A stretch of 64,000 nt of DNA from a virus: the IMG/VR virus record IMGVR_UViG_3300032249_000861, positions 32,001 through 96,000 of that record. One strand, given 5' to 3'. The first letter of the stretch is position 1, and each line of letters starts with the position of its first letter. Below are positions 1 to 9,226 of this stretch, in pieces. The notes below the pieces were generated by a model. The model saw nothing but the letters and a program-made list of their open reading frames with translations, ran no database searches and was not told where the DNA came from. Made by a program: the position numbers and the translations under genes.

Positions 1-2
1 CT

Positions 3-881
3 GATGATGGAACTACCAAGCGAGTATTTTCTAGTGGAGCAAATGCTAATTACAATATTAATGATTGGTCTATCGTTGGAGATAATAGGGGATTAATTAG
101 ATTTAGAATAGCTGCCAACCTCACTAAAGCTTTCACTTTTAATACTGCTGTTTATGATTTAGATATTATTTCTCCAGGAGATAGATTAAGAAGTATAAGG
201 CTTTCTACTGGAATTATTACTTTAGCAAAAAGAAATACTGAATTATTAGACACTTGCCCATCTGATGTTGATTCTAATATAGACCTAGTAACTCCAACAT
301 TAACCGCTCCAGGTACAACCCCCGGAATCACCCCTACTGTAACAGTAACCTCTGGTCAGGTTGAAGATCTCTGTTTGCCAGAAGACTGTTTAAATCTAGA
401 TATATATTCAGTAGTATACACTGGGAATAGATTAAATCTGCCTGATCTATCAACAGTTAGCGGTTCTGTTACAACAACTGACACTAGATTAATAGAAAAT
501 ATAGAAGTGGCAATAAACAAACTTCAACATAACAGCCCATCTGATCTATGGTTCATATTAAGTCCTCCATCTGGAAATAAAATTCTATTATCTGCCAATA
601 GTAAAATACCAGCATTCAATAATAATTTTAGTTTTATGTTTTCTAATAAAGCCAAGCCTTCTGATTATTTACATAATATATCTAATGGTGGATTGTCTAA
701 TATATATAATAAAACAAATATTATAAACTATAGTAATGAAACACTAACTTCTGGGTTTGGTCATTTGCTTGGAGCTTCTGTTACAGGAAACTGGAATCTT
801 GTGGTTAAGGACACTGATCCGATAGGATCAGGATTAATTGACTCCTGGAAACTAATAATAACATACGCACCACGAGAGTAA
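3..881 (+). CDS. 5'-truncated virion structural protein with C-terminal proprotein-convertase P-domain
   Basis: The frame is open from nt 3 (DDGTTKRVFSS...AVYDLDIISPG...), so the TTG at 375 is not the real start. A T/P linker follows, then a P-domain pattern: IENIEVAI..LQHNSPSDLWFILSPPSG...GNWNLVVKD...GSGLIDSWKLII. Confidence 0.7.
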   Translation, partial: DDGTTKRVFSSGANANYNINDWSIVGDNRGLIRFRIAANLTKAFTFNTAVYDLDIISPGDRLRSIRLSTGIITLAKRNTELLDTCPSDVDSNIDLVTPTLTAPGTTPGITPTVTVTSGQVEDLCLPEDCLNLDIYSVVYTGNRLNLPDLSTVSGSVTTTDTRLIENIEVAINKLQHNSPSDLWFILSPPSGNKILLSANSKIPAFNNNFSFMFSNKAKPSDYLHNISNGGLSNIYNKTNIINYSNETLTSGFGHLLGASVTGNWNLVVKDTDPIGSGLIDSWKLIITYAPRE

Positions 882-885
882 TACA

Positions 886-1095
886 ATGATATTGTTTTCA
901 GAATTTAAATCCGGATCAAATGTAACAATAACTACTCCTAGTAGAGTACTATTCTCTGTTCCTGGCTTCGGAGGGAATGGTGAGCAAATTGTAACAATAA
1001 ACAATGAAATAATTTCATATTCAGCAAATCTATTTAATTCTGGATCCGAAATAAGAGAAGAATCCCCATTAGTTTATGGTATTATATCATCATGA
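886..1095 (+). CDS. small hypothetical protein
   Basis: Fills the gap in the operon; ATGA overlap with the next gene. Confidence 0.6.
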   Translation: MILFSEFKSGSNVTITTPSRVLFSVPGFGGNGEQIVTINNEIISYSANLFNSGSEIREESPLVYGIISS

Positions 1096-1625
1096 GCAAT
1101 AATCCATATATCAATATAATTTCTCCAGAACTCAAAGCAGTATTCAATAACGCAATAGATGCACTACTGCAACAAAACGCACTAACTGTTCAGTGTCGAT
1201 TAAGATACTCTGGACAACAAAACTCAAAATTCTGTTCAAATTGTATTTTTGATGCTATATCTCAGCTATCTTCAAACATTTATAATGGAACAGGATCTAA
1301 TCCATTTTCAGAAGGATCAATTTGTCCAGTATGTATGGGTATGGGCATGATGCTTAGTGACAGTTCTGAGATTGTTTCTTTAGCTTGTATTTTTGATAGT
1401 AAATACTTTGTAAATTATTCTTCTAAAACAATCAATATTCCAGCCGGAACAATTCAAACAATTTGTCATTCTTCTCTTCTTCCTAAAATCCGTAATGCTA
1501 ATGATGTTGTTGTAGATACAACTCTTGAACAATACGGTAATTATATTTATCAAAGGGCTGGAGATCCAGAACCAATAGGATTCGGAGACAACAGATATAT
1601 AGCAACAATATGGAGTAGAAAATGA
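1092..1625 (+). CDS. putative head-closure/head-tail connector protein with CxxC..CxxC zinc finger
   Basis: CSNC and CPVCMGMG motifs; beta-rich C-terminus (YIYQRAGDPEPIGFGDNRYIATIW); position upstream of terminator and tube genes. Confidence 0.5.
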   Translation: MSNNPYINIISPELKAVFNNAIDALLQQNALTVQCRLRYSGQQNSKFCSNCIFDAISQLSSNIYNGTGSNPFSEGSICPVCMGMGMMLSDSSEIVSLACIFDSKYFVNYSSKTINIPAGTIQTICHSSLLPKIRNANDVVVDTTLEQYGNYIYQRAGDPEPIGFGDNRYIATIWSRK

Positions 1626-2263
1626 AATTTGATATTACCATATTAGAAAGTAACAGCCAAATCGCCTCTGCTATTATCCATAGCATAAAAGATGTTATTA
1701 GTGGAGCTATTAAAAAGTCTATGAATAAAATTATAGATGGTGCCAAAGAGATTATATCAGAATCTTTAAGACAAGAACCAGAGTATGGATCTTTGATGTC
1801 TGGTAAGTTGAAAGCAGACTTTGGTATACCTAATTCCTCTGTTGTTCAAAGAGTGGTAGATGCTTTGGTTAATACCGTAATTATGACTGATATGCCTATT
1901 ACCGCAAATAAGAATGGATTGCACGGAGGATTCGTTCTTACAATGATGAAGTCTAGTGATCTTAATGGTGTTATATATCAAGATATCGCTAGTGTATCAG
2001 ATGTTAAAGGCTATACGTTACCGTGGCTAGAATGGCTATTATTACAAAATAATTCTCCAATAATTAAAAACTATGAAGTTAAATACGGTCCGTCTCCATA
2101 CTCTAGATCTGGTTTAGGAATTATGGTTCCATCAGATAGTGACTGGAGAGTTCCTCCGGAATTTGCAGGATCACAAGATAATAACTGGACTACTAGAGCT
2201 GTTGATCGTTCAGAAACCCAAATATATAAACTTATCCAACAGGCTATTGAAAAAAATATATGA
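1622..2263 (+). CDS. putative neck/tail-completion protein
   Basis: Synteny between the connector and terminator genes; ATGA overlaps at both ends; function inferred from position only. Confidence 0.4.
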   Translation: MKFDITILESNSQIASAIIHSIKDVISGAIKKSMNKIIDGAKEIISESLRQEPEYGSLMSGKLKADFGIPNSSVVQRVVDALVNTVIMTDMPITANKNGLHGGFVLTMMKSSDLNGVIYQDIASVSDVKGYTLPWLEWLLLQNNSPIIKNYEVKYGPSPYSRSGLGIMVPSDSDWRVPPEFAGSQDNNWTTRAVDRSETQIYKLIQQAIEKNI

Positions 2264-3249
2264 CAACACAGTTTAACCATGTAGAATCAATAGGTAAAAA
2301 AGACAGATTATCAGGATTAGAAGATAATCTTAAAAGCTTTTTAGACTGGTCATTTTTACAAATTGGTGGATTCGTTAATGTGAATATTCCGACCTCTGGT
2401 ATTGAGACTACTAAAGGTACGGGATTTCATATTATGAAATGTGTTAACGAACCATCAAAGCCATCAAAAACCTGGGAAGCTCCAAGAAAAGACTGGGTTT
2501 ACGAAAACAATAGTCTGCTAAACAATCCAGCATCAATATCATATAATCCATATGGCTCTGTAGCTTCGGGACTAAAAACATCTCCAATATCTTTTTCTGG
2601 AGTTCATCTCAATAATACTTTTTTACCAGCTCCATCAGGTAGCGGCAACTATACATATTCTGTTAATTATCCATTAGGACATATTGTTTTTAATAATAAT
2701 GTAGCGCCCACTAGTACAGTATCAGTATCGTATAGTCACAGATATATTCAAGTATATAAAGCTAGTGATTCAGTATGGTGGAAAGAAATCCAAAAAGAGA
2801 CTTATACTCCACAAATTAAAACCAATGGCGACTACAGTATAACTTCAAATCATAGAGCCCAGCTACCCTGTATAATTGTTGAATTAATTCCTCGTACTGA
2901 GATGATACCATACCAGTTAGGAACAACTGAAAACATTGTTATTCAAGATGTATTCCTACATATTTTTGCTCAAACGGCCAATCAAAGAAATAATATAATA
3001 GATACTTTATTACTTCAAAAAGATAATAGCTTTTGGTTATACGATGTTAGTGCAGTAATAAAAAATAATGCCTACTTGCTAAGTCGTAACGGAGATATTA
3101 ATATTGGTGGACAGAACTATAATACTCTAGTTTCCAACTTTAAGGATCATTGGAGTACTATTAAGAATGCTACTCTCAGTGAATTAAATAATATGAGTGC
3201 TAGTTTATACAATGGCATAGTGAGATGGTCAATAGAAATTTTTCCATAA
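2260..3249 (+). CDS. putative tail terminator protein
   Basis: C-terminal QLPCIIVE...QDVFLHIFA...QRNNIIDTL pattern resembles lambda gpU/SPP1 gp17-like terminators; lies upstream of the tube genes. Confidence 0.5.
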   Translation: MTTQFNHVESIGKKDRLSGLEDNLKSFLDWSFLQIGGFVNVNIPTSGIETTKGTGFHIMKCVNEPSKPSKTWEAPRKDWVYENNSLLNNPASISYNPYGSVASGLKTSPISFSGVHLNNTFLPAPSGSGNYTYSVNYPLGHIVFNNNVAPTSTVSVSYSHRYIQVYKASDSVWWKEIQKETYTPQIKTNGDYSITSNHRAQLPCIIVELIPRTEMIPYQLGTTENIVIQDVFLHIFAQTANQRNNIIDTLLLQKDNSFWLYDVSAVIKNNAYLLSRNGDINIGGQNYNTLVSNFKDHWSTIKNATLSELNNMSASLYNGIVRWSIEIFP

Positions 3250-3283
3250 CAGACAATTTATTTAGGACAAGATAGGAAACAGT

Positions 3284-4027
3284 ATGATTAATACAAAATG
3301 TAAAGAGTGTATGTTTGCACACTCTAACGATAAAAATAATAGTAACCCAATATGTTCTAAAAATATAATAGAACAAATAAAAAATCTTAAAAAGATTACA
3401 CAAGAAGATGGATTTAATATAATAGAAAATTATGCTTGTAGATATGGTTTTTCTAAAGACATTTATGAAAAACACAAGGATAACTGGGATCCACAAGATT
3501 TCGAAAACAGATTACAAGAAAATAGTAAAATTAGATATTACTTATTATTAGACTGTTATGATCCTGATTTAAATTTTAACGATATTATACAAAAAATACC
3601 ACAGCTCAATATACCTCCTAAATCTGTATCTTTTATGTTTAGGAGCTTAAATTTTAGACCATTTATTCAAGAGCACCAAGATTTTTTGTTATCAAACTAT
3701 AAAGATATTCGTTGGAAAGCTCATAATTTTTTGGAAGAGATGCCCCTTGAAGGTGGAATCGATCACATTTTGTCAACCAATGCAAAAAATAATAATACAT
3801 CAATTTTTTTGGTGTATAATGCTAAAGATATCCAGTTTCTAGATAATGATATTCGTACCATTAACGATAATATGATTTTATATCAATCTCCAACGATAGC
3901 AGTAATTGATCGCAACAATAGCTTATATAGGTTAGCCATGTCTTTTGAAAATTATAAACTGGCTAAAACATTGGGTCCAGAATTGATTCCGGTACTAATC
4001 CAAGAAAGTGGTATCGTATACTATTAA
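3284..4027 (+). CDS. hypothetical protein with N-terminal Cys cluster
   Basis: 247-aa ORF with AGGA upstream; CKEC..C..C at the N-terminus. Confidence 0.7.
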   Translation: MINTKCKECMFAHSNDKNNSNPICSKNIIEQIKNLKKITQEDGFNIIENYACRYGFSKDIYEKHKDNWDPQDFENRLQENSKIRYYLLLDCYDPDLNFNDIIQKIPQLNIPPKSVSFMFRSLNFRPFIQEHQDFLLSNYKDIRWKAHNFLEEMPLEGGIDHILSTNAKNNNTSIFLVYNAKDIQFLDNDIRTINDNMILYQSPTIAVIDRNNSLYRLAMSFENYKLAKTLGPELIPVLIQESGIVYY

Positions 4028-4041
4028 TTTTATGTATCATT

Positions 4042-4060
4042 TGGTGTAAGTCTTAATACA
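4042..4060 (+). promoter_or_regulatory. candidate late-promoter motif TGGTGTAA
   Basis: Same 8-mer at nearly the same distance (43 vs 42 nt) before the ATG as at 40503. Confidence 0.35.
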
Positions 4061-4084
4061 CGCACAATACAATGGGAGTTTCAA

Positions 4085-5338
4085 ATGTCTATTAATAACA
4101 GAGTTTACTACGCATCACAAGCAGTACAGTTAAGACCAACTAGTGCAGAAGGAACATCGTTTGGGTACTGGTATCACCCGTTAGCCGTTCAAAGTGTTGG
4201 CATGCAAACCAACTTTACTACTGAGCAAACTTTTCAATTAGGAACAGTAGAACTTTACGATAATGTTGAAACTATTCCAGAAGTAGAAGTAACCATTAAT
4301 AAGGTTATAGATAGTACAGCTCCTCTATATCTAATGTGCATGGGTGGAAGTGCTGGAATACCAGGAGCAGATAACAAGTCATTAGTATCATTATCAAATA
4401 ATAGAGTTCATTTCCGTTTAGGTATTTACGGCGATGATCAACAATACGTCACAGGATCTGCAAAATCTAGTGTTCTCTGTTCTGGTATGTACTTATCTAG
4501 TTTTAATTATACTTTTCCCGTTGATGGTAATGCTACAGAAGAAGTGACTTTAGTAGGCAATAGTAAATTGTGGAATACCGGAAATATTCCGGGAGTACAG
4601 TCTAATAACTTTGCTGCTGGTACAATGTTTGAACCAACTACTGTAGTTAATGGTATAAAGCCGTCAACAAGCAGTGGCATTGTAACTAGACAATATCTTA
4701 ACATTATTGACTCGGTTCTTCCTACTGGAGTGGGAGGAATTAGAACTCCTGACGGAACACATCAACTTCCTCACGTTCAAAATATTACAATTAGTGCTGA
4801 TCTTGGTCGCGAAACCATTAATCAATTAGGTAAATTTGGACCATATTGTCGCTATGCTACTTTCCCAATTGAGGTTACTAGCGAATTTGAAGTTATTGCT
4901 CAAGATGGTGATGGAGTAGATGCTAACGACTTTAAGACTGATGCGTTCTGTGGATCATTAAAGAAAAATTTACATAATAAAACAATCACTTTATCTGTAT
5001 GTGATAAAGAGAGCGGCAATAATGATAATAGTATGACTTTTAATTTGGGAGATAAAAATACATTAACATCAATTAATTATACCGGCGGAGATACTGGTGG
5101 TGGTAATGCCACAGTTTCATATAGCTTCAGAAATTTTAATACCTTTTCTATAACTGCTGTAGGAAAATATAAAAAGGGTATTGCTTTTGCTGATTCCAAT
5201 GGTGCCATATCTACGCAGTCAGTAGTTGTTGATAGTTCAAAACCAGTTGCTCTTGATAAGCCAAAATCAGTCGCTCTTGATAATTCAGAGCCAGTACCAT
5301 ATTTAGATTATAATTCTGGAGATAACAACAATGTCTAA
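4085..5338 (+). CDS. tail tube protein paralog 1
   Basis: Beta-rich; shares YASQ, PL.VQS.G, MYLSS.NYTFPVDGNATEE.TLVG, QN.TI.AD, FP.EVTSEFE and LTS.NYTGGDT.GGN motifs with the next two genes; lies upstream of chaperones and TMP. Confidence 0.7.
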   Translation: MSINNRVYYASQAVQLRPTSAEGTSFGYWYHPLAVQSVGMQTNFTTEQTFQLGTVELYDNVETIPEVEVTINKVIDSTAPLYLMCMGGSAGIPGADNKSLVSLSNNRVHFRLGIYGDDQQYVTGSAKSSVLCSGMYLSSFNYTFPVDGNATEEVTLVGNSKLWNTGNIPGVQSNNFAAGTMFEPTTVVNGIKPSTSSGIVTRQYLNIIDSVLPTGVGGIRTPDGTHQLPHVQNITISADLGRETINQLGKFGPYCRYATFPIEVTSEFEVIAQDGDGVDANDFKTDAFCGSLKKNLHNKTITLSVCDKESGNNDNSMTFNLGDKNTLTSINYTGGDTGGGNATVSYSFRNFNTFSITAVGKYKKGIAFADSNGAISTQSVVVDSSKPVALDKPKSVALDNSEPVPYLDYNSGDNNNV

Positions 5339-6560
5339 TAAAAGAATTTTTTATGCTTCACAAAGTATCAACATTCAGCCAGTTTCAACGGGTACTGCTG
5401 ATCCGATAAACTACAGAGACCCTACTCATTATACTCAGTTTGGAAACGGAAGTAGTTGGGTGGTTCCACTGGGTTTACAAAGTGCTGGTGTTTCAACAAC
5501 ATTCAACTCTGAGCCAGTATCTCAACTTGGTACTCTTCAGGTTTATTCTCAAACAGAAACTTCTCCAGAAGTTGAAGTTACTTTGTCAAAAGTACTAGAT
5601 GGAACAGCTCCATTATATTCTATTTGCACAGCCAAAGTTAATGAGAGCGATACTAGTGAATTAAAGTCAATTAATGCAGATATTACCGAAGTGTCGTCTA
5701 ATATGGTTAATGTTCGCATAGCAGTAACCAAGGATACAGGAGCAGCAGCAACCGGTACTGCCAACTACTATACTCTTTGTGAAAGAATGTACTTATCTAG
5801 TGTTTCTTTTACTTTTCCTGTTGATGGAAATGCTACAGAAGAAATCACATTAGTTGGAACTAATAAGTCATGGAATAGTGGCCCATTAACTCTACCAGGA
5901 GATAATAATGGTACTCCTTATGGAACTGGTACAGAGGCTGTTGTAAGTAGGCAGTATATTTCAGTTACGGGAACAGATACAGCTGCCACTCGTGATAGTA
6001 ATGGAAAAATAAGCGTAAATCCAGCGAACAGTATTCTTCCAACCAGATTGCCTAAATATATTATTAATGGAGTTAGTCAACCTCATTTACAAAATATTAC
6101 AATTAATGCTAATTTTAATCGTGAAAATATTAATGAGCTGGGTTTCTTTGGTCCATACTATAAGTATACCAGCTTCCCTCTTGAGGTGACTAGTGAATTT
6201 GAGGTTATTGCTGTTAGTGGAGATCTAGTATCCGCTAATGATTTTGAATATAAAGATAACGAAGGTAATGACATGACCACTTTTAGCTGCACAACTAAAT
6301 ATGATAATGTTAAGGATGAAGAAATTGTAGTTAAAGTTTGTGGTAATATAGCTGGTAGTAATCTCTATCTTGATCTTGGCAAAAAGAATAAATTAACATC
6401 TGTTAACTATACTGGTGGAGATACTGGTGGCGGTAATGCTACTGTAACTTATAGTTATCAAACATTTAATAAGTTTAATGTAATTCCAGAAGGATCATAC
6501 GCTGACTATGTGACCCATGACGGAACATCCTCATCAACAGAGACACTGGCAAATTACTAA
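5331..6560 (+). CDS. tail tube protein paralog 2
   Basis: Same conserved motif set as paralogs 1 and 3; GGAG SD. Confidence 0.7.
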   Translation: MSNKRIFYASQSINIQPVSTGTADPINYRDPTHYTQFGNGSSWVVPLGLQSAGVSTTFNSEPVSQLGTLQVYSQTETSPEVEVTLSKVLDGTAPLYSICTAKVNESDTSELKSINADITEVSSNMVNVRIAVTKDTGAAATGTANYYTLCERMYLSSVSFTFPVDGNATEEITLVGTNKSWNSGPLTLPGDNNGTPYGTGTEAVVSRQYISVTGTDTAATRDSNGKISVNPANSILPTRLPKYIINGVSQPHLQNITINANFNRENINELGFFGPYYKYTSFPLEVTSEFEVIAVSGDLVSANDFEYKDNEGNDMTTFSCTTKYDNVKDEEIVVKVCGNIAGSNLYLDLGKKNKLTSVNYTGGDTGGGNATVTYSYQTFNKFNVIPEGSYADYVTHDGTSSSTETLANY

Positions 6561-6583
6561 TTCATAAATATAGGAGATTTTAA

Positions 6584-7675
6584 ATGGCCAATAATAATAG
6601 AGTTTTTTACGGTTCTCAGGTAGCCCAACTAAAGCCAGCCACTACTGGCAATAACTATAGCGCTTGGTATCAACCTCTAGGCGTACAAAGTGTTGGATTT
6701 AATACCACTTTTGAAACAGAGCAAGCGTTTCAGTTAGGGGCTCTAGATATTTATGCCATTTCAGAAAATGTTCCTAATGTAGAAACAACAATGTCTAAGG
6801 TTCTTGATGGAACATGTCCACTATATTTAATGTGCATGGGCGGGGAGAACGGCATTAGTGGCGCAAACCTAACAGATTTCTCAGATGACCAAAAGAATAA
6901 TAAGGGGCTTGGTGCTTTAGCTAATAATACTGTTACTTTTAGACTTGGTATATATAATGATACAAAATCCAATGTTGCTGGAGAAACTAGCGACTGGGTT
7001 CAATGTTCTGGTATGTACTTATCAAGTTTAAACTACACCTTCCCTGTTGATGGTAATGCTACAGAAGAAATAACTTTAGTTGGAAACAACAAAAGATGGA
7101 GTCAGAATAATGCAGGCACTATGGGTAATATGACTGCTGTTGCCCCAACAGGAGAATATGCCATAGCCAAAAAACTAGCTCGTCGTCAATTTATTAATGT
7201 AAATGGTTCTACTATGCCTACTGGTAGTGGCGGTCTGCCGACCGGCGTAGCAACCAATGTTGACTTACATTTACAAAATGTTACCATTAGTGCTGATCTT
7301 GGAAGAGATCAAATTAATGAGTTAGGATCATTTGCTCCCTATCACCGCTACGCAACATTTCCTGTAGAAGTTACTAGCGAATTTGAAATGATTGCTACAG
7401 AAGGAGATTGGATTAGTGCTAATGACTTTTTATTCCAAAGCGGATGTGGAGTTAATTACACAAATACTGAGTCTCTACCAATTCAACTGCAAGTATGTGG
7501 CAGTGGTGACGCTACTTTAGAGATTTTCCTTGGTAGTGGTAATCAATTAACTTCCGTTAATTATACTGGGGGAGATACTAGTGGTGGAAACGTATCAGTA
7601 ACATATAGTTTCAGAAATTATAATGATTTCTATATGAAGGCTTCTGGTACATATGCTAGTGTTCCTTCGTTATAA
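6584..7675 (+). CDS. tail tube protein paralog 3
   Basis: Same motif set; strong AGGAG SD; shortest of the three. Confidence 0.7.
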   Translation: MANNNRVFYGSQVAQLKPATTGNNYSAWYQPLGVQSVGFNTTFETEQAFQLGALDIYAISENVPNVETTMSKVLDGTCPLYLMCMGGENGISGANLTDFSDDQKNNKGLGALANNTVTFRLGIYNDTKSNVAGETSDWVQCSGMYLSSLNYTFPVDGNATEEITLVGNNKRWSQNNAGTMGNMTAVAPTGEYAIAKKLARRQFINVNGSTMPTGSGGLPTGVATNVDLHLQNVTISADLGRDQINELGSFAPYHRYATFPVEVTSEFEMIATEGDWISANDFLFQSGCGVNYTNTESLPIQLQVCGSGDATLEIFLGSGNQLTSVNYTGGDTSGGNVSVTYSFRNYNDFYMKASGTYASVPSL

Positions 7676-7747
7676 GATTGGTTTACTATAGAAAAGTAGA
7701 TTGTTGATTTATCAAAGAGACTAAAGGACCAATAAAAGGACACAGGA

Positions 7748-7921
7748 ATGGAAGAGCTATATAATATAGTCGGTCGGTTATATGTCGATATACTTCATGC
7801 TCAGAAGTATGTTGAAAGCATACAAAATCAATTAAAAGACAAAGACACAGAGATCATATTACTAAAATCAAAATTAGTAGGTTTACCAAAAGATAAGGAC
7901 AAAAATGCTGAATCGGTATGA
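7748..7921 (+). CDS. small coiled-coil hypothetical protein (57 aa, not in ORF track)
   Basis: MEELYNIVGRLYVDILHAQKYVESIQNQLKDKDTEIILLKSKLVGLPKDKDKNAESV*; AGGA motifs upstream; ATGA overlap with the 7918 gene. Confidence 0.65.
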   Translation: MEELYNIVGRLYVDILHAQKYVESIQNQLKDKDTEIILLKSKLVGLPKDKDKNAESV

Positions 7922-8928
7922 GTCAGGAACTAGAACAATTTATATATCGTATTATAAGTGCTAAATTATTATTTACCTATAATAACAAAACATATGTTCT
8001 TGTTTCTACTAAACCGATAACTAAATATAGAGCTAATTTATTATATATTTCTATCTTAAATGATGAAAAATATGATGAGTGGATAAGGGCTGAAAATTTG
8101 GACAGATACATGATGTTTCTAGAAGTTTGGAATAGTGATATGTCTAGTTTTATGGAAAAATCAGAGAAACAGATAGAAGACTTAAAAATATCACTTTATA
8201 ATAACAGACTGAATAGTAAGATGACAACGAAAACAAGAAATCAACTAGCACATTTAAGAAAAAGAATATCTGATCTTCAACTTATAAAACAAACATATTA
8301 TGCTCAAACCTTGGAAGGATATGCAGAGAGTATAAAATACGAATATATTATTACGAATACATTATTTCATAATAAAAAAAGAGTGTTTAAAAAATTTGGA
8401 TCAGTACAAACATCATATCAAGAATTTACATCAGTAGTGTCAGAGATAAATAAATATGCACTACAAACATCGGATTACAGAAGAATTGCAAGATCAGATT
8501 TATGGAGATCTTTTTGGACTATAGATAAGACTAACATCTTCCCTGGACCAGTTTCATTATGGACAGAAGAACAACGAACATTGGCAGGATATAGTTCCAT
8601 GTATGATAGTGTATACGAACATCCCGAAAAACCTAATGATTCTGTAATTGATGATGATGATATGCTTGATGGTTGGATGATTAGTCAACGTAGAGCAATA
8701 GAAAAGAGTAAACAACAAGAGTCTATACTCAAGAGCAATTCCAAGCTTGGTAAAGCACAAGAAGTATTTATCTTTACCGATAATGAGCAAGGAATTAAAG
8801 AGGTTATGAGTATGAACTCCGATGAAGCTAACCTAGCCATTGCACAACGATCTAATATACTAAATAATACGCAATCAATAGATCATGCTCGCTTGCCAGA
8901 CGTTCAAAAAGATTTACTAAATAAATAG
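7918..8928 (+). CDS. putative tail assembly chaperone (long form)
   Basis: Lies between tubes and TMP; N-terminal two-thirds align by eye with the 9223 protein; extra C-terminal YDSVYEHPEKP..VIDDDDMLDGW segment. Confidence 0.5.
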   Translation: MSQELEQFIYRIISAKLLFTYNNKTYVLVSTKPITKYRANLLYISILNDEKYDEWIRAENLDRYMMFLEVWNSDMSSFMEKSEKQIEDLKISLYNNRLNSKMTTKTRNQLAHLRKRISDLQLIKQTYYAQTLEGYAESIKYEYIITNTLFHNKKRVFKKFGSVQTSYQEFTSVVSEINKYALQTSDYRRIARSDLWRSFWTIDKTNIFPGPVSLWTEEQRTLAGYSSMYDSVYEHPEKPNDSVIDDDDMLDGWMISQRRAIEKSKQQESILKSNSKLGKAQEVFIFTDNEQGIKEVMSMNSDEANLAIAQRSNILNNTQSIDHARLPDVQKDLLNK

Positions 8929-8938
8929 GATACAATAT

Positions 8939-9226
8939 ATGTCAAATTATCAACAACTACTCTACGACGTAGAAACAAAATTTAAAACAACAATGATTGG
9001 CTCATTGGCCAGATTTGAAGAAACATTTGGTCACTTATGGGAAGAAGAAGGGCCTGATCAACAGGAATATTTAGAATCTTGGGAATATACTCGAAATGCT
9101 ATTCTAAACAATGGAAACAAGCAAATGAGAGCAGCTTTGGATGATTTATCAGATGCTTTATTGGGGTCATATAAAACAAAATATACTTATAAGTTCAACA
9201 ACAGGAATAATGGAGATAAACAATGA
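8939..9226 (+). CDS. hypothetical helical protein
   Basis: 95-aa ORF with AGGA SD; ATGA overlap with the next gene. Confidence 0.7.
   Translation: MSNYQQLLYDVETKFKTTMIGSLARFEETFGHLWEEEGPDQQEYLESWEYTRNAILNNGNKQMRAALDDLSDALLGSYKTKYTYKFNNRNNGDKQ

Noticed and set aside
3284-4027. Glycosyltransferase-like fold in the 247-aa protein
   Set aside because: Only a vague alpha/beta pattern with no DxD motif in a convincing context; left as hypothetical.
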